The position numbers and the translations under genes were made by a program. A DNA stretch of 42,139 bases from Candidatus Woesearchaeota archaeon (GTDB lineage: Archaea > Nanobdellota > Nanobdellia > SCGC-AAA011-G17 > JAGVZF01): the NCBI GenBank assembly GCA_016185565.1, contig JACPNH010000049.1:1-42139 (forward strand), read 5' to 3'. Of the stretch, positions 26,217-34,070 are shown piece by piece. The notes below the pieces were generated by a model. That model had not been told where the DNA came from. It saw only the letters and a list, made by a program, of their open reading frames with translations, and did not search any database. Within the stretch, counting starts at the first letter, position 1. Every line of letters begins with the position of its first letter.

Positions 26217-26861
26217 ATGAAAAAAGAGTATAATCTCGTTTTAATGGTTTTATTTTTAGCTATTATAATTTTTATTGCGAGTTGTACAGAAGATTTAAAT
26301 CAAACACAAGAACAAGGATTATGTACAAATGATATTAAAACTTGTCCTGATGGATCTGAGGTCACAAGAATACTACCTCCAAATTGCGATTTTGAAGCTT
26401 GCCCTGCCATATCCGATGACAATCAAAATGGTATAAGTTGCACTCAGGATGCAAAGCAATGTCCTGACGGTTCCTATGTAAGCAGAATACCTCCAAATTG
26501 CGATTTTGCAAAATGTCCAGAGTCTATCAAAAATACTACTGACACCATTACTATAAGAGGTAAGCTGATATCATTAAAATGCAATTCTGATGAAAATTGT
26601 GCATTAATAGACGGAGAATTCCTTGATTCTTTTACAACTATGACATTATGTTGCGGGACTTGTGAAGATAATGATTATTACCTTGATAAATGGATTTCAG
26701 TAAATAAAGATTCTTATACAAAGGTTCTAGAAGAACTCAGAAATGAAAATTGTAAAGACATTCAAGGATGCCCTGGTTATTATTGCCCACAATATCTACC
26801 AGAGAATGCTACACATATAGCAAAATGTATCGACAATATATGTAATAAGGTTCCTAAATAA
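26217..26861 (+). CDS. Cys-rich secreted lipoprotein with an internal duplicated motif
   Basis: Lipobox FIASC. It has a duplicated unit, CTNDIKTCPDGSEVTRILPPNCDFEACP and CTQDAKQCPDGSYVSRIPPNCDFAKCP, followed by a further Cys-rich domain. Confidence 0.6.
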   Translation: MKKEYNLVLMVLFLAIIIFIASCTEDLNQTQEQGLCTNDIKTCPDGSEVTRILPPNCDFEACPAISDDNQNGISCTQDAKQCPDGSYVSRIPPNCDFAKCPESIKNTTDTITIRGKLISLKCNSDENCALIDGEFLDSFTTMTLCCGTCEDNDYYLDKWISVNKDSYTKVLEELRNENCKDIQGCPGYYCPQYLPENATHIAKCIDNICNKVPK

Positions 26862-26864
26862 GGA

Positions 26865-26972
26865 GTGTTAGGGCGCTGGTGCATTCCTTTACACAATACA
26901 TCGGCAAAAGAAAAGTTCTTATAAGTTTTTCTCGACAAAACTAATTTAGGATTGCACCAGCACTGGTGTTAG
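26865..26972. repeat. Palindromic hairpin-forming element of about 94 bp, MITE-like, flanked by the direct repeat GTGTTAG
   Basis: GCGCTGGTGCATTCC (26873-26887) pairs with GGATTGCACCAGCAC (26949-26963) at 13 of 15 positions. GTGTTAG occurs at 26865-26871 and at 26966-26972. The element is locally GC-rich in an AT-rich spacer. Confidence 0.35.
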
Positions 26973-27045
26973 AAACATTTTTATATTAATTAAATAAAAT
27001 TCTATTTAATGATAATCAATAAGTTCTGGAGCTTGCCATTTCTAG
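26967..27045 (+). repeat. Direct repeat copy A: promoter module plus decayed 5-prime end of the glycerate kinase gene
   Basis: It aligns with 27822-27901 at a constant offset of 855-856 nt. The first roughly 50 nt are nearly identical, including AGAAACATTTTTATATTA (26971-26988) and ATGATAAT (27009). Downstream similarity is decayed, and the remnant reads MIINKFWSLPFLGQKN then a stop. Confidence 0.6.
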
Positions 27046-27133
27046 GGCAGAAAAATTAATATTGGTGTTGTAAAAAATAGTTAATTTTATATATTTAAAC
27101 ATATTTATGTTTTTTAACGTACTAGGAGACAAA

Positions 27134-27376
27134 ATGGTAAGTATAACTTTATCAGTACCCAAAGAAGTAAAACAAAAAATGAAACGATTTCCAGAAATGA
27201 ATTGGTCTGGATTTATAAGAAAAGTAATAATAGAGAAAACTGAAGAACTAACATGGAAAGAAGGGATGTTAAAAAGATTTTATGAAGAAGAAAAATTAAC
27301 AGATTGGGCTGTCAAACTGCAACGCAGAGCAAGAAAAGGCAGATTTAATATTTTAAGAAAGAAAGGCCTAGTATAA
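27134..27376 (+). CDS. Ribbon-helix-helix antitoxin (VapB-like)
   Basis: An AGGAG lies 5 nt upstream of the ATG at 27134, which I prefer over the track start at 27107. VSITLSVPKEVKQKMKRFPEMNWSGFIRKVIIEK shows a beta-strand/helix/helix pattern. Its stop abuts the ATG of the PIN gene. Confidence 0.6.
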   Translation: MVSITLSVPKEVKQKMKRFPEMNWSGFIRKVIIEKTEELTWKEGMLKRFYEEEKLTDWAVKLQRRARKGRFNILRKKGLV

Positions 27377-27811
27377 ATGAAGATAGTTACAGATTCAAAT
27401 GTTCTGTTTACATTTTTTTGGAAAGATTCTGCATTCGATAAGATTTCTATAAAACAAGAGCTTGAATTATTTTCGCCCGAGCATGCATTAGAAGAAATAA
27501 ACAAGTACTCCGGTGAAATACAATTCAAGGCAGGATTGTCTAAGAATGAATTTAATAAATTAAAGAAAGAAATTAAGATATTAGTAGAATTTATTCCCAT
27601 ACAAAAATATCAACAATTCTTAAAAGAAGCTAAATTATTGGCAAAATATATTAGAGAAGATAAGCGACCAGAATTTCTAGAGGACCTAGATTTTATAGCT
27701 TTAGCCTTAAAATTAAAATGTCCGATCTGGTCAAATGATAAGTTATTAAAGGAACAGCCGCGTGTTAAGATATTAGATACGAAGGATATCATACTTATAA
27801 TGAAGGACTAA
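27377..27811 (+). CDS. vapC: PIN-domain toxin (VapC-like)
   Basis: Contains IVTDSNVL (Asp), SPEHALEEI (Glu), DLDFIALAL (Asp) and IWSNDKLL (Asp), the PIN acidic quartet in the correct order. Confidence 0.65.
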   Translation: MKIVTDSNVLFTFFWKDSAFDKISIKQELELFSPEHALEEINKYSGEIQFKAGLSKNEFNKLKKEIKILVEFIPIQKYQQFLKEAKLLAKYIREDKRPEFLEDLDFIALALKLKCPIWSNDKLLKEQPRVKILDTKDIILIMKD

Positions 27812-27821
27812 TTAATATTAA

Positions 27822-27901
27822 TGTTAGAAACATTTTTATATTAATAAAATAAAATTTTATCTAATGATAATAAAGAATTTCAAGCAATTAGCTATTTCTA
27901 G
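27822..27901 (+). repeat. Direct repeat copy B: functional promoter plus 5-prime end of the glycerate kinase gene
   Basis: See copy A. The promoter module lies at 27826-27843 and the ATG at 27864, 38 nt from the start of the module. Confidence 0.6.
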
Positions 27902-29117
27902 ACAAAGAGAAACAGCATTACAAATTATTGAGGCCGGTCTGGAAGCCATTCAGACTAAAAATGTGATGAAAAATTCTGTAAAAGTAAAGAATAATATTCT
28001 TGCTGTAAAAAACAAGAAGTTCGATTTAAAAAAATACAATAACATTTATATCATTGGCGGAGGCAAGGCTTCTCATTTAATGGCACAACATTTAGAAAAA
28101 TTACTTGGAAACAAAATAAAAGATGGTATTGTCAATTCTAATGTAAATTTCAGATTAAAAAGAATTCATGTAATTAAGGCAGGCCATCCCATACCAAATG
28201 AGGACGGATCTATTGGAGTGCAAAAAATGGTTAATTTGGCCAGTGAAGCAAAACAGGATGATTTAGTCATTTGCCTTATTTCAGGTGGTGGCAGTTCATT
28301 AATGACTTCTGGATATGGAATTCCATTAGAAGATAAAATAAAGATTAATCAGCTTTTATTGAAAAGTGGAGCTAACATCAATGAAATGAACATTGTAAGA
28401 AAGCACATCGATGATGTTAAAGGCGGTGTTTTAGCACAATACTGCTATCCAGCCACTGTAATATCTTTAATATTCTCTGATGTTATTGGAGATGATTTAA
28501 GCATTATAGCCTCTGGCCCAACTGTTCTTGACAAGAGCACAGTAAAGGACGCCTTAAAAATAATCAGAAAATACAGACTGCCGAGAATAAAACTAAAAGA
28601 GACTCCTAAGAACAAAAAGATAATCAAAAAAGTGCATAATTTCTGCATACTGAATAATATGGTTGCATTGAAAGCAATGCAAGAAAAGGCTTCTATGCTA
28701 AGACTAAAACCAGAAATTATATCTAACAAAATTGCAGGAGAGGCGAGTTTAATAGGAAAAGTTCTTGTAAAAACAGCAAAAAAAGGATATGCAATTCTTG
28801 TAGCAGGAGAGACTACAGTAACAGTTCATGGAAAAGGTATAGGCGGAAGAAATCAAGAGCTTTGTTTGTCTGCACTGCGCTATTTAAGGGATGAGTTAAT
28901 AGTCTCGATAGGTAGCGATGGAAAAGACAACTCAAATTATGCGGGTGCAATAGTTGACAATAAAACAAAAGAAAAAATAAAAAAACTAAAGCTAAACATA
29001 AATAAATATCTGTATAATAATGATTCCTACAATTTCTTCAAGAAAACAAAAGATTTTATATATACAGGAGATACTGGAACTAATGTAGCTGATTTAATGC
29101 TTGTATTAAAGAATTAA
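27864..29117 (+). CDS. Glycerate 2-kinase (MOFRL family)
   Basis: Contains IIGGGKASHLMA, CLISGGGSSLM, DVKGG, FSDVIGDDLSIIASGPT, GETTVTVHGKGIGGRNQE, GSDGKDN and DTGTNVADL. Confidence 0.85.
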   Translation: MIIKNFKQLAISRQRETALQIIEAGLEAIQTKNVMKNSVKVKNNILAVKNKKFDLKKYNNIYIIGGGKASHLMAQHLEKLLGNKIKDGIVNSNVNFRLKRIHVIKAGHPIPNEDGSIGVQKMVNLASEAKQDDLVICLISGGGSSLMTSGYGIPLEDKIKINQLLLKSGANINEMNIVRKHIDDVKGGVLAQYCYPATVISLIFSDVIGDDLSIIASGPTVLDKSTVKDALKIIRKYRLPRIKLKETPKNKKIIKKVHNFCILNNMVALKAMQEKASMLRLKPEIISNKIAGEASLIGKVLVKTAKKGYAILVAGETTVTVHGKGIGGRNQELCLSALRYLRDELIVSIGSDGKDNSNYAGAIVDNKTKEKIKKLKLNINKYLYNNDSYNFFKKTKDFIYTGDTGTNVADLMLVLKN

Positions 29118-29143
29118 TAGTTTTAAAAATCTTGTTGCTTTAT

Positions 29144-30430
29144 TTAATATGCTACAATCATAACCTTTAATCTGTGCTTGATTGCATTAACAGCCTGACT
29201 CCTTGTTTTTGCCTTTTCAAGCAAGGCAACTGCAACCTGGTCTTTTATTGTGTTCCTAATCCAGTTTACAAAATCATTTTTATTTGCATTTACATGAAAA
29301 TTAAATGTGGAATCATCCATCTTTTCTAAAGCAGATTGCAGTTCTGTTAAGTTTTTAACCACCATCCCGTTTCTTGCATAGAAATAATTTGCGGCGTCTG
29401 TTACTATGCCTTTTTTGATTGCGTTTACTTTTAGGTCTGTATTTACTTGAGTTATTGGCATCTCTCCATTTAAGACAGCTATTATATTTTTTGCGGCTAA
29501 TTCGCTCATTCCTTGTCTAGCTTCAATAGTTGCAGAAGCAATATGTGGACTAATCACAATATTATCAAGATGAGTGAAAATCTGGTATTCATTAGGATGA
29601 CACACTAATTTAGGCTCGCATTCAAACACATCAAGGGCAGCTCCAGCAATAGTTTTATTTTCAAGCGCATGCAATAAAGCATCTTCTTGTATCACAGGGC
29701 CACGGGCCGTATTAATCAAATAAGCAGTTTTTTTCATCATTGCAAGTTCTTTATGGTTTATCATATGCTTTGTGCTTTCTAAAGCAGGTACATGTAATGA
29801 AACAAAATCGCTTTCTCGAAGCAATGTTGCCATATCAGCAAATCTTGCATTGGCCTCTTGTTCAATGAAGGGATTTTTGTTTATATCATGATACAAAACT
29901 TTCATGTTAAATCCCTTATTGCAAATTCTTGCAACTACTGTACCTATTCTGCCAGCACCTATAATTCCAAGAGTCTTGCCATTAAACTCTGTTCCTATAA
30001 AACCATTGGGGTCCCAGCCTTTATAGTTGCCTTTTCTAGCCCATTTATCTGCTTCTGGAATTCTTCTTGCTATTGCCATCATCAAAGCTACTGTATGCTC
30101 GGCAACAGCCTGATTAAGGACATTTGGAGTATTAGTAACTATAACGCCTCTTTCTGTGCAGGCTTTTAAGTCTATATTATCAAAACCAACTGCATAGTTT
30201 GCAACAATTTTTAAATTTGAACCTGCTGCGTCAAGAATTTCATCGTCAATCTTATCAGTAAGCAAACAAAGCAATGCATCATATTTTTTGGACTTTAATT
30301 TCTTGAGAAGCTCTTTTCTGCTTATAGAACCATTCTGCTGGCTTACATCAACATCGCACTGCGTTTTGAGAAAATTTATGCCACGATCTGGAATCTTTCT
30401 GGTTACAAGAACTTTTGGTCTCAATAACAT
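29144..30430 (-). CDS. D-2-hydroxyacid dehydrogenase (glyoxylate/hydroxypyruvate reductase type) with a C-terminal extension of about 100 aa
   Basis: Contains KVLVTRKIP..., VGFDNIDLKACTERGVIVTNTP, GKTLGIIGAGRIG and the NTARG...D...H catalytic pattern. A TATA element (GAAAAATTTATATAC on the minus strand) lies inside the longer track ORF, so I prefer the ATG at 30430 (MLLRPK). Confidence 0.85.
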   Translation of the reverse strand: MLLRPKVLVTRKIPDRGINFLKTQCDVDVSQQNGSISRKELLKKLKSKKYDALLCLLTDKIDDEILDAAGSNLKIVANYAVGFDNIDLKACTERGVIVTNTPNVLNQAVAEHTVALMMAIARRIPEADKWARKGNYKGWDPNGFIGTEFNGKTLGIIGAGRIGTVVARICNKGFNMKVLYHDINKNPFIEQEANARFADMATLLRESDFVSLHVPALESTKHMINHKELAMMKKTAYLINTARGPVIQEDALLHALENKTIAGAALDVFECEPKLVCHPNEYQIFTHLDNIVISPHIASATIEARQGMSELAAKNIIAVLNGEMPITQVNTDLKVNAIKKGIVTDAANYFYARNGMVVKNLTELQSALEKMDDSTFNFHVNANKNDFVNWIRNTIKDQVAVALLEKAKTRSQAVNAIKHRLKVMIVAY

Positions 30431-30545
30431 CACCTCAATTTTTATTAAATGCTGCCTATGTGTATATAAATTTTTCGTTAATATTTTAGTGCTAAAAATG
30501 TTATAAAGGAAATCTTTATTAACATTCTTTTTAACCATACTTCAA

Positions 30546-31808
30546 ATGAAAAAACCAAATCATATTATTTTGATAATAGTGCTTTTGGTGCTATTTATTT
30601 TAACTTCTGAATTAATAGAATTTGTAAGGAATAATGTGTTTTATTTTTTGATTCCGTTACTGCTTTCTCTATCTTTAATATTCTGGAAAAAGAAATCAAA
30701 ACTCGATACCTTACTCACAACATTTATATTGATTGTTTTTTTAGCTGCAAGATTAATTTTTAGCAATATAGACCAACCAACATTGGTGCTAAGAACTTCT
30801 GCAATATTATCTTTTTTCCTGTTAAATTTGGTTTTGCTCATAGGACCATGGTCTAGGTTTTCTGATAAAATTTTAAGGCTATATTATTTCAGACGCCGCC
30901 TTGGGGTGAGCGCTTTTTTCTTAGGATGGCTACATTTTACAATTGTGATTTCAAAACTCTTCAATTTAAACATTAAAAATGCTCTTTCATTTGCATTCAC
31001 ATTTTATGGATTTACAGCATTTTTTATAATGTTCTGGATGGCCCTTACTTCTTGGGATTATGTGCAGAAGAAATTCAAGCCATCTTGGTGGAATATACTG
31101 CATACACTGCTATTAATTGCTTACATAGCATTTGCTTACTTATTTTATACATTACAAAAAACATTAAACAATACTTTATTAAAATACCATTTGTATGCTA
31201 TTGCAATATTTGTAGTCTTTTGGATTATGGTTGCTCCTTATTCCATAGTTAAGAAGATAATTAAAACAAACGTGTTTGGGTGGAAACAGTTACATGTTTT
31301 AGTGTATATTGCATATTTCTCTTTGATAGTACATGTTGTATTGCAAGGCACATTAAAGGGTATATTTCTTAATGCAGTATTTTACGGATTAATAGCATTT
31401 GTGGTAGGAAGTCATGCAGTAGGTTGGCTGAAAAAAATAAATGAAGACAATAATATAAATAAAAAAATAAAGTCTATAAACAAGAAGATAAATGAAGATG
31501 AGAAGACATTTATAGGAGTTGCTTATGAAAATGAGTTCCAAGAAAGCATAGGTAAAAAGTTTTACATTAACAATAAGCCAATTGCAGTTTTCAAGCATCA
31601 AGGAAATTTTATAGCAATGTCTGATATTTGCGCACATCAGAAAGGGCCATTGCATAAGGGAAGAATAGTTTATGGGTATGTAGAATGCCCTTGGCATAAA
31701 TGGACATACAACATAAATGATGGATGTTCGCCAAAGCCGTATACAGATTGTGTGCCTTATTACAAAACCAAAGTAAAGGACAGTATAGTTTATGTTTCAA
31801 CAGATTAA
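30546..31808 (+). CDS. Polytopic membrane protein: ferric-reductase/MsrQ-like heme-b domain fused to a C-terminal Rieske [2Fe-2S] domain
   Basis: Contains FRRRLGVSAFFLGWLHF and WWNILHTLLLIAY, a His-bearing helix pattern. The C-terminal part CAHQKGPLHKGRIVYGYVECPWH gives C-x-H-x16-C-x2-H. Confidence 0.65.
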   Translation: MKKPNHIILIIVLLVLFILTSELIEFVRNNVFYFLIPLLLSLSLIFWKKKSKLDTLLTTFILIVFLAARLIFSNIDQPTLVLRTSAILSFFLLNLVLLIGPWSRFSDKILRLYYFRRRLGVSAFFLGWLHFTIVISKLFNLNIKNALSFAFTFYGFTAFFIMFWMALTSWDYVQKKFKPSWWNILHTLLLIAYIAFAYLFYTLQKTLNNTLLKYHLYAIAIFVVFWIMVAPYSIVKKIIKTNVFGWKQLHVLVYIAYFSLIVHVVLQGTLKGIFLNAVFYGLIAFVVGSHAVGWLKKINEDNNINKKIKSINKKINEDEKTFIGVAYENEFQESIGKKFYINNKPIAVFKHQGNFIAMSDICAHQKGPLHKGRIVYGYVECPWHKWTYNINDGCSPKPYTDCVPYYKTKVKDSIVYVSTD

Positions 31809-31845
31809 TCAATAATTTTATTAATCGATAATATATCTAAGAAAC

Positions 31846-32610
31846 ATGGATAAAGAAAAGATAGTAAGAATAACAACTATTTTCTTTGTTGTTTTGGCTG
31901 CTATATTAATACTATATTTTTGGTTTAATAAAAATGTAATAAAATCTCCTGATTCAGAATGCATTATTTTAAAAGAAAATAAGAAAAGTTTTGATGTAGT
32001 TTTTTTATCTTACAAATACAATAATAAAGATGACTTCTTGAAGATGACAGATGCCTATGTAAATGGGAAAAATGGCTTTGCAAATATAGAGCCATTCAAG
32101 AGCAATATGGACAAATTGAGCTTTTATGGGGTTTATACAGATTCCCAGATATGCAATGTTGAACAAGGAACAATAATTTGTGGGGATACTATAGCGAAAA
32201 GAATAGCATCAAAATGCCCTAATGATTATATATTTGTGATAGTTGATAGGGACACTTTCGTGGATATTTTAGTTCCAATAAGAAGTAGTGCATTCCTTAA
32301 CGTGGCTTCTATTAATACTGCAGACCATGAATTGGTTGTTTTGCATGAATTTGCACATATGTTTGGAAAATTGGTTGATGAATATACAGACGAAAAATCT
32401 TATAAAGGACTAAGCTTAAAGAATGCGCCTAATTGCGACACTAAAGAATGCAAAAAATGGCAAGATTTTAAGGGTACGCAATGCTTAAAAGGCTGCGCCT
32501 TGAATGAATATTACAGGTCAAATGACTTCACTATAATGAGGAACTATTTTAAATCAAATAACTTTGGAGTGTATAACGAATGGTTGCTAAACAAATCATT
32601 GCAGCATTAA
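31846..32610 (+). CDS. Membrane-anchored M64-like zinc metallopeptidase
   Basis: N-terminal TM helix. HELVVLHEFAHMFGKLVDEY matches the HEFxHxFxxLxDEY signature of the M64 family. Confidence 0.6.
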   Translation: MDKEKIVRITTIFFVVLAAILILYFWFNKNVIKSPDSECIILKENKKSFDVVFLSYKYNNKDDFLKMTDAYVNGKNGFANIEPFKSNMDKLSFYGVYTDSQICNVEQGTIICGDTIAKRIASKCPNDYIFVIVDRDTFVDILVPIRSSAFLNVASINTADHELVVLHEFAHMFGKLVDEYTDEKSYKGLSLKNAPNCDTKECKKWQDFKGTQCLKGCALNEYYRSNDFTIMRNYFKSNNFGVYNEWLLNKSLQH

Positions 32611-33077
32611 TCATAGTTTTTTTTGGCGTTATTAATTTTGCATACTCTGTAGAATGCAATGAGGAGTTTTATCTCTATAATTTTAAGTTTAGCAGCAAAA
32701 ATCTTGAATATCTAGGGAGGAGTTTAGAAAGGGGTTGCATTCCTGGAAATGTCCAAGAGGATTTTTACAGGTTCAATCTAATAAAAGAAAACAATGTGGT
32801 TTATTCGTACTGGTTTAATCCTGAAATAAGGTACACTGATGTTATTTTTAATAATGAAATTATAGGTGGGGTTCAGGCAGTTCAAGAAACTAGGCTCAGC
32901 ATTCCAAGCCCTGTAGTAGATTATGATAAAATTTCAGTAATAAATGAAAATGGACAAGAATTAATAGTACTTGAAAAAGAATCTATTGAAGAGAGGGAAA
33001 AACAAGCGCAGCAATTCAGCTTTATAGACTGGGTTAATAATTTGATGAGGGCAGTATTAAAACAATTATTTGGTTGA
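32580..33077 (+). CDS. Hypothetical secreted protein
   Basis: Signal-like N-terminus MVAKQIIAALIIVFFGVINFAYS. It overlaps the upstream gene by 31 nt. I recognised no domain. Confidence 0.4.
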   Translation: MVAKQIIAALIIVFFGVINFAYSVECNEEFYLYNFKFSSKNLEYLGRSLERGCIPGNVQEDFYRFNLIKENNVVYSYWFNPEIRYTDVIFNNEIIGGVQAVQETRLSIPSPVVDYDKISVINENGQELIVLEKESIEEREKQAQQFSFIDWVNNLMRAVLKQLFG

Positions 33078-34070
33078 TTATTTTTTACTCTTTTTCATTG
33101 CCATAACATCTTTTACTGCTTTTATCACGTCTTCTTTCACAATATTGAATTTCTTCATCAGCTCATCTGGCTGTCCTGATTCCCCAAACCTGTCTCTTAC
33201 ACCAACCCTTTTCATTGGCACTGGATAATTTTCAACAAGCAATTCTGCTATAGCTCCTCCTAGAGCGCCGTTAATTTGATGCTCTTCTGCTGTTACAACT
33301 GCGCCAGTTTCTTGTGCATATTTAAGCAATGTTTCTTTATCAAGAGGCTTTACTGTATGGCAATTAATCACAACTGCGTTAATATCTTCTTTCTCGAGTT
33401 CTTCAGCAGCCAGTAAACTTTGGTATACTAAAGGACCGTTTGCAATAATCACGACATCTTTTCCATGCCTAAATAATTCTGCCCTGCCTATTTTAAATGG
33501 TGTTTCTTGGGTTGTTACTATAGGAGTTTTCTCGCGAGCAAATCTCATGTAAAAAGGTCCTTTAAATTTAGCTGCTTCTATTGCTGCTTTTTTTGCATCA
33601 TAATAATCACAGGGTACTACAACAGTCAGATTAGGCAATACCCTTGTTATTGAAACATCCTCAAGAGCTTGATGCGTGGCTCCGTCAGGGCCTACTGAGA
33701 TTCCTGCATGAGCCCCGATTATTTTTACATTTGCTTCACTATAGCAAATTGAAACTCTAATCTGATCCCAATTTCTCCCGGGACTGAAAACAGCATAACT
33801 AGTAATAAACGGGATTTTCCCAGAGAAAGCTAGTCCTGCTGCAATACCAGCCATGTCTTGCTCTGCAACCCCAACCTCAATAAAACGGTCTGGAAATGCC
33901 TGCTTAAAAGCAAGACTTCTTGTGCTTTCAGTCAAATCACAACAAAGTAAAACAACGTCTTTATTTATTTTAGCAGCTTCTACAACACCATCTCCAAAAC
34001 CATCTCTTGTTGCTTTAAATGCTGTGTTTGAAAACAAATTAGAGTCTAGTTTTGCTTCTTTGTTTATCAT
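33078..34070 (-). CDS. Transketolase, C-terminal (pyrimidine-binding) subunit
   Basis: Contains RDGFGDGVVE, FIEVGVAEQDMAGIAAGLA, GATHQALEDV and NCHTVKPLD. Confidence 0.9.
   Translation of the reverse strand: MINKEAKLDSNLFSNTAFKATRDGFGDGVVEAAKINKDVVLLCCDLTESTRSLAFKQAFPDRFIEVGVAEQDMAGIAAGLAFSGKIPFITSYAVFSPGRNWDQIRVSICYSEANVKIIGAHAGISVGPDGATHQALEDVSITRVLPNLTVVVPCDYYDAKKAAIEAAKFKGPFYMRFAREKTPIVTTQETPFKIGRAELFRHGKDVVIIANGPLVYQSLLAAEELEKEDINAVVINCHTVKPLDKETLLKYAQETGAVVTAEEHQINGALGGAIAELLVENYPVPMKRVGVRDRFGESGQPDELMKKFNIVKEDVIKAVKDVMAMKKSKK

Noticed and set aside
27009-27059. A 16-codon ORF (MIINKFWSLPFLGQKN) downstream of promoter copy 2.
   Set aside because: It is best explained as a decayed duplicate of the glycerate kinase 5-prime end, not an independent gene.
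30431-30538. A 36-codon N-terminal extension of the hydroxyacid dehydrogenase ORF.
   Set aside because: The extension has no homology to the family. A BRE/TATA-like element (GAAAAATTTATATAC on the minus strand) lies within it, about 30 nt upstream of the ATG at 30430 where family similarity begins.
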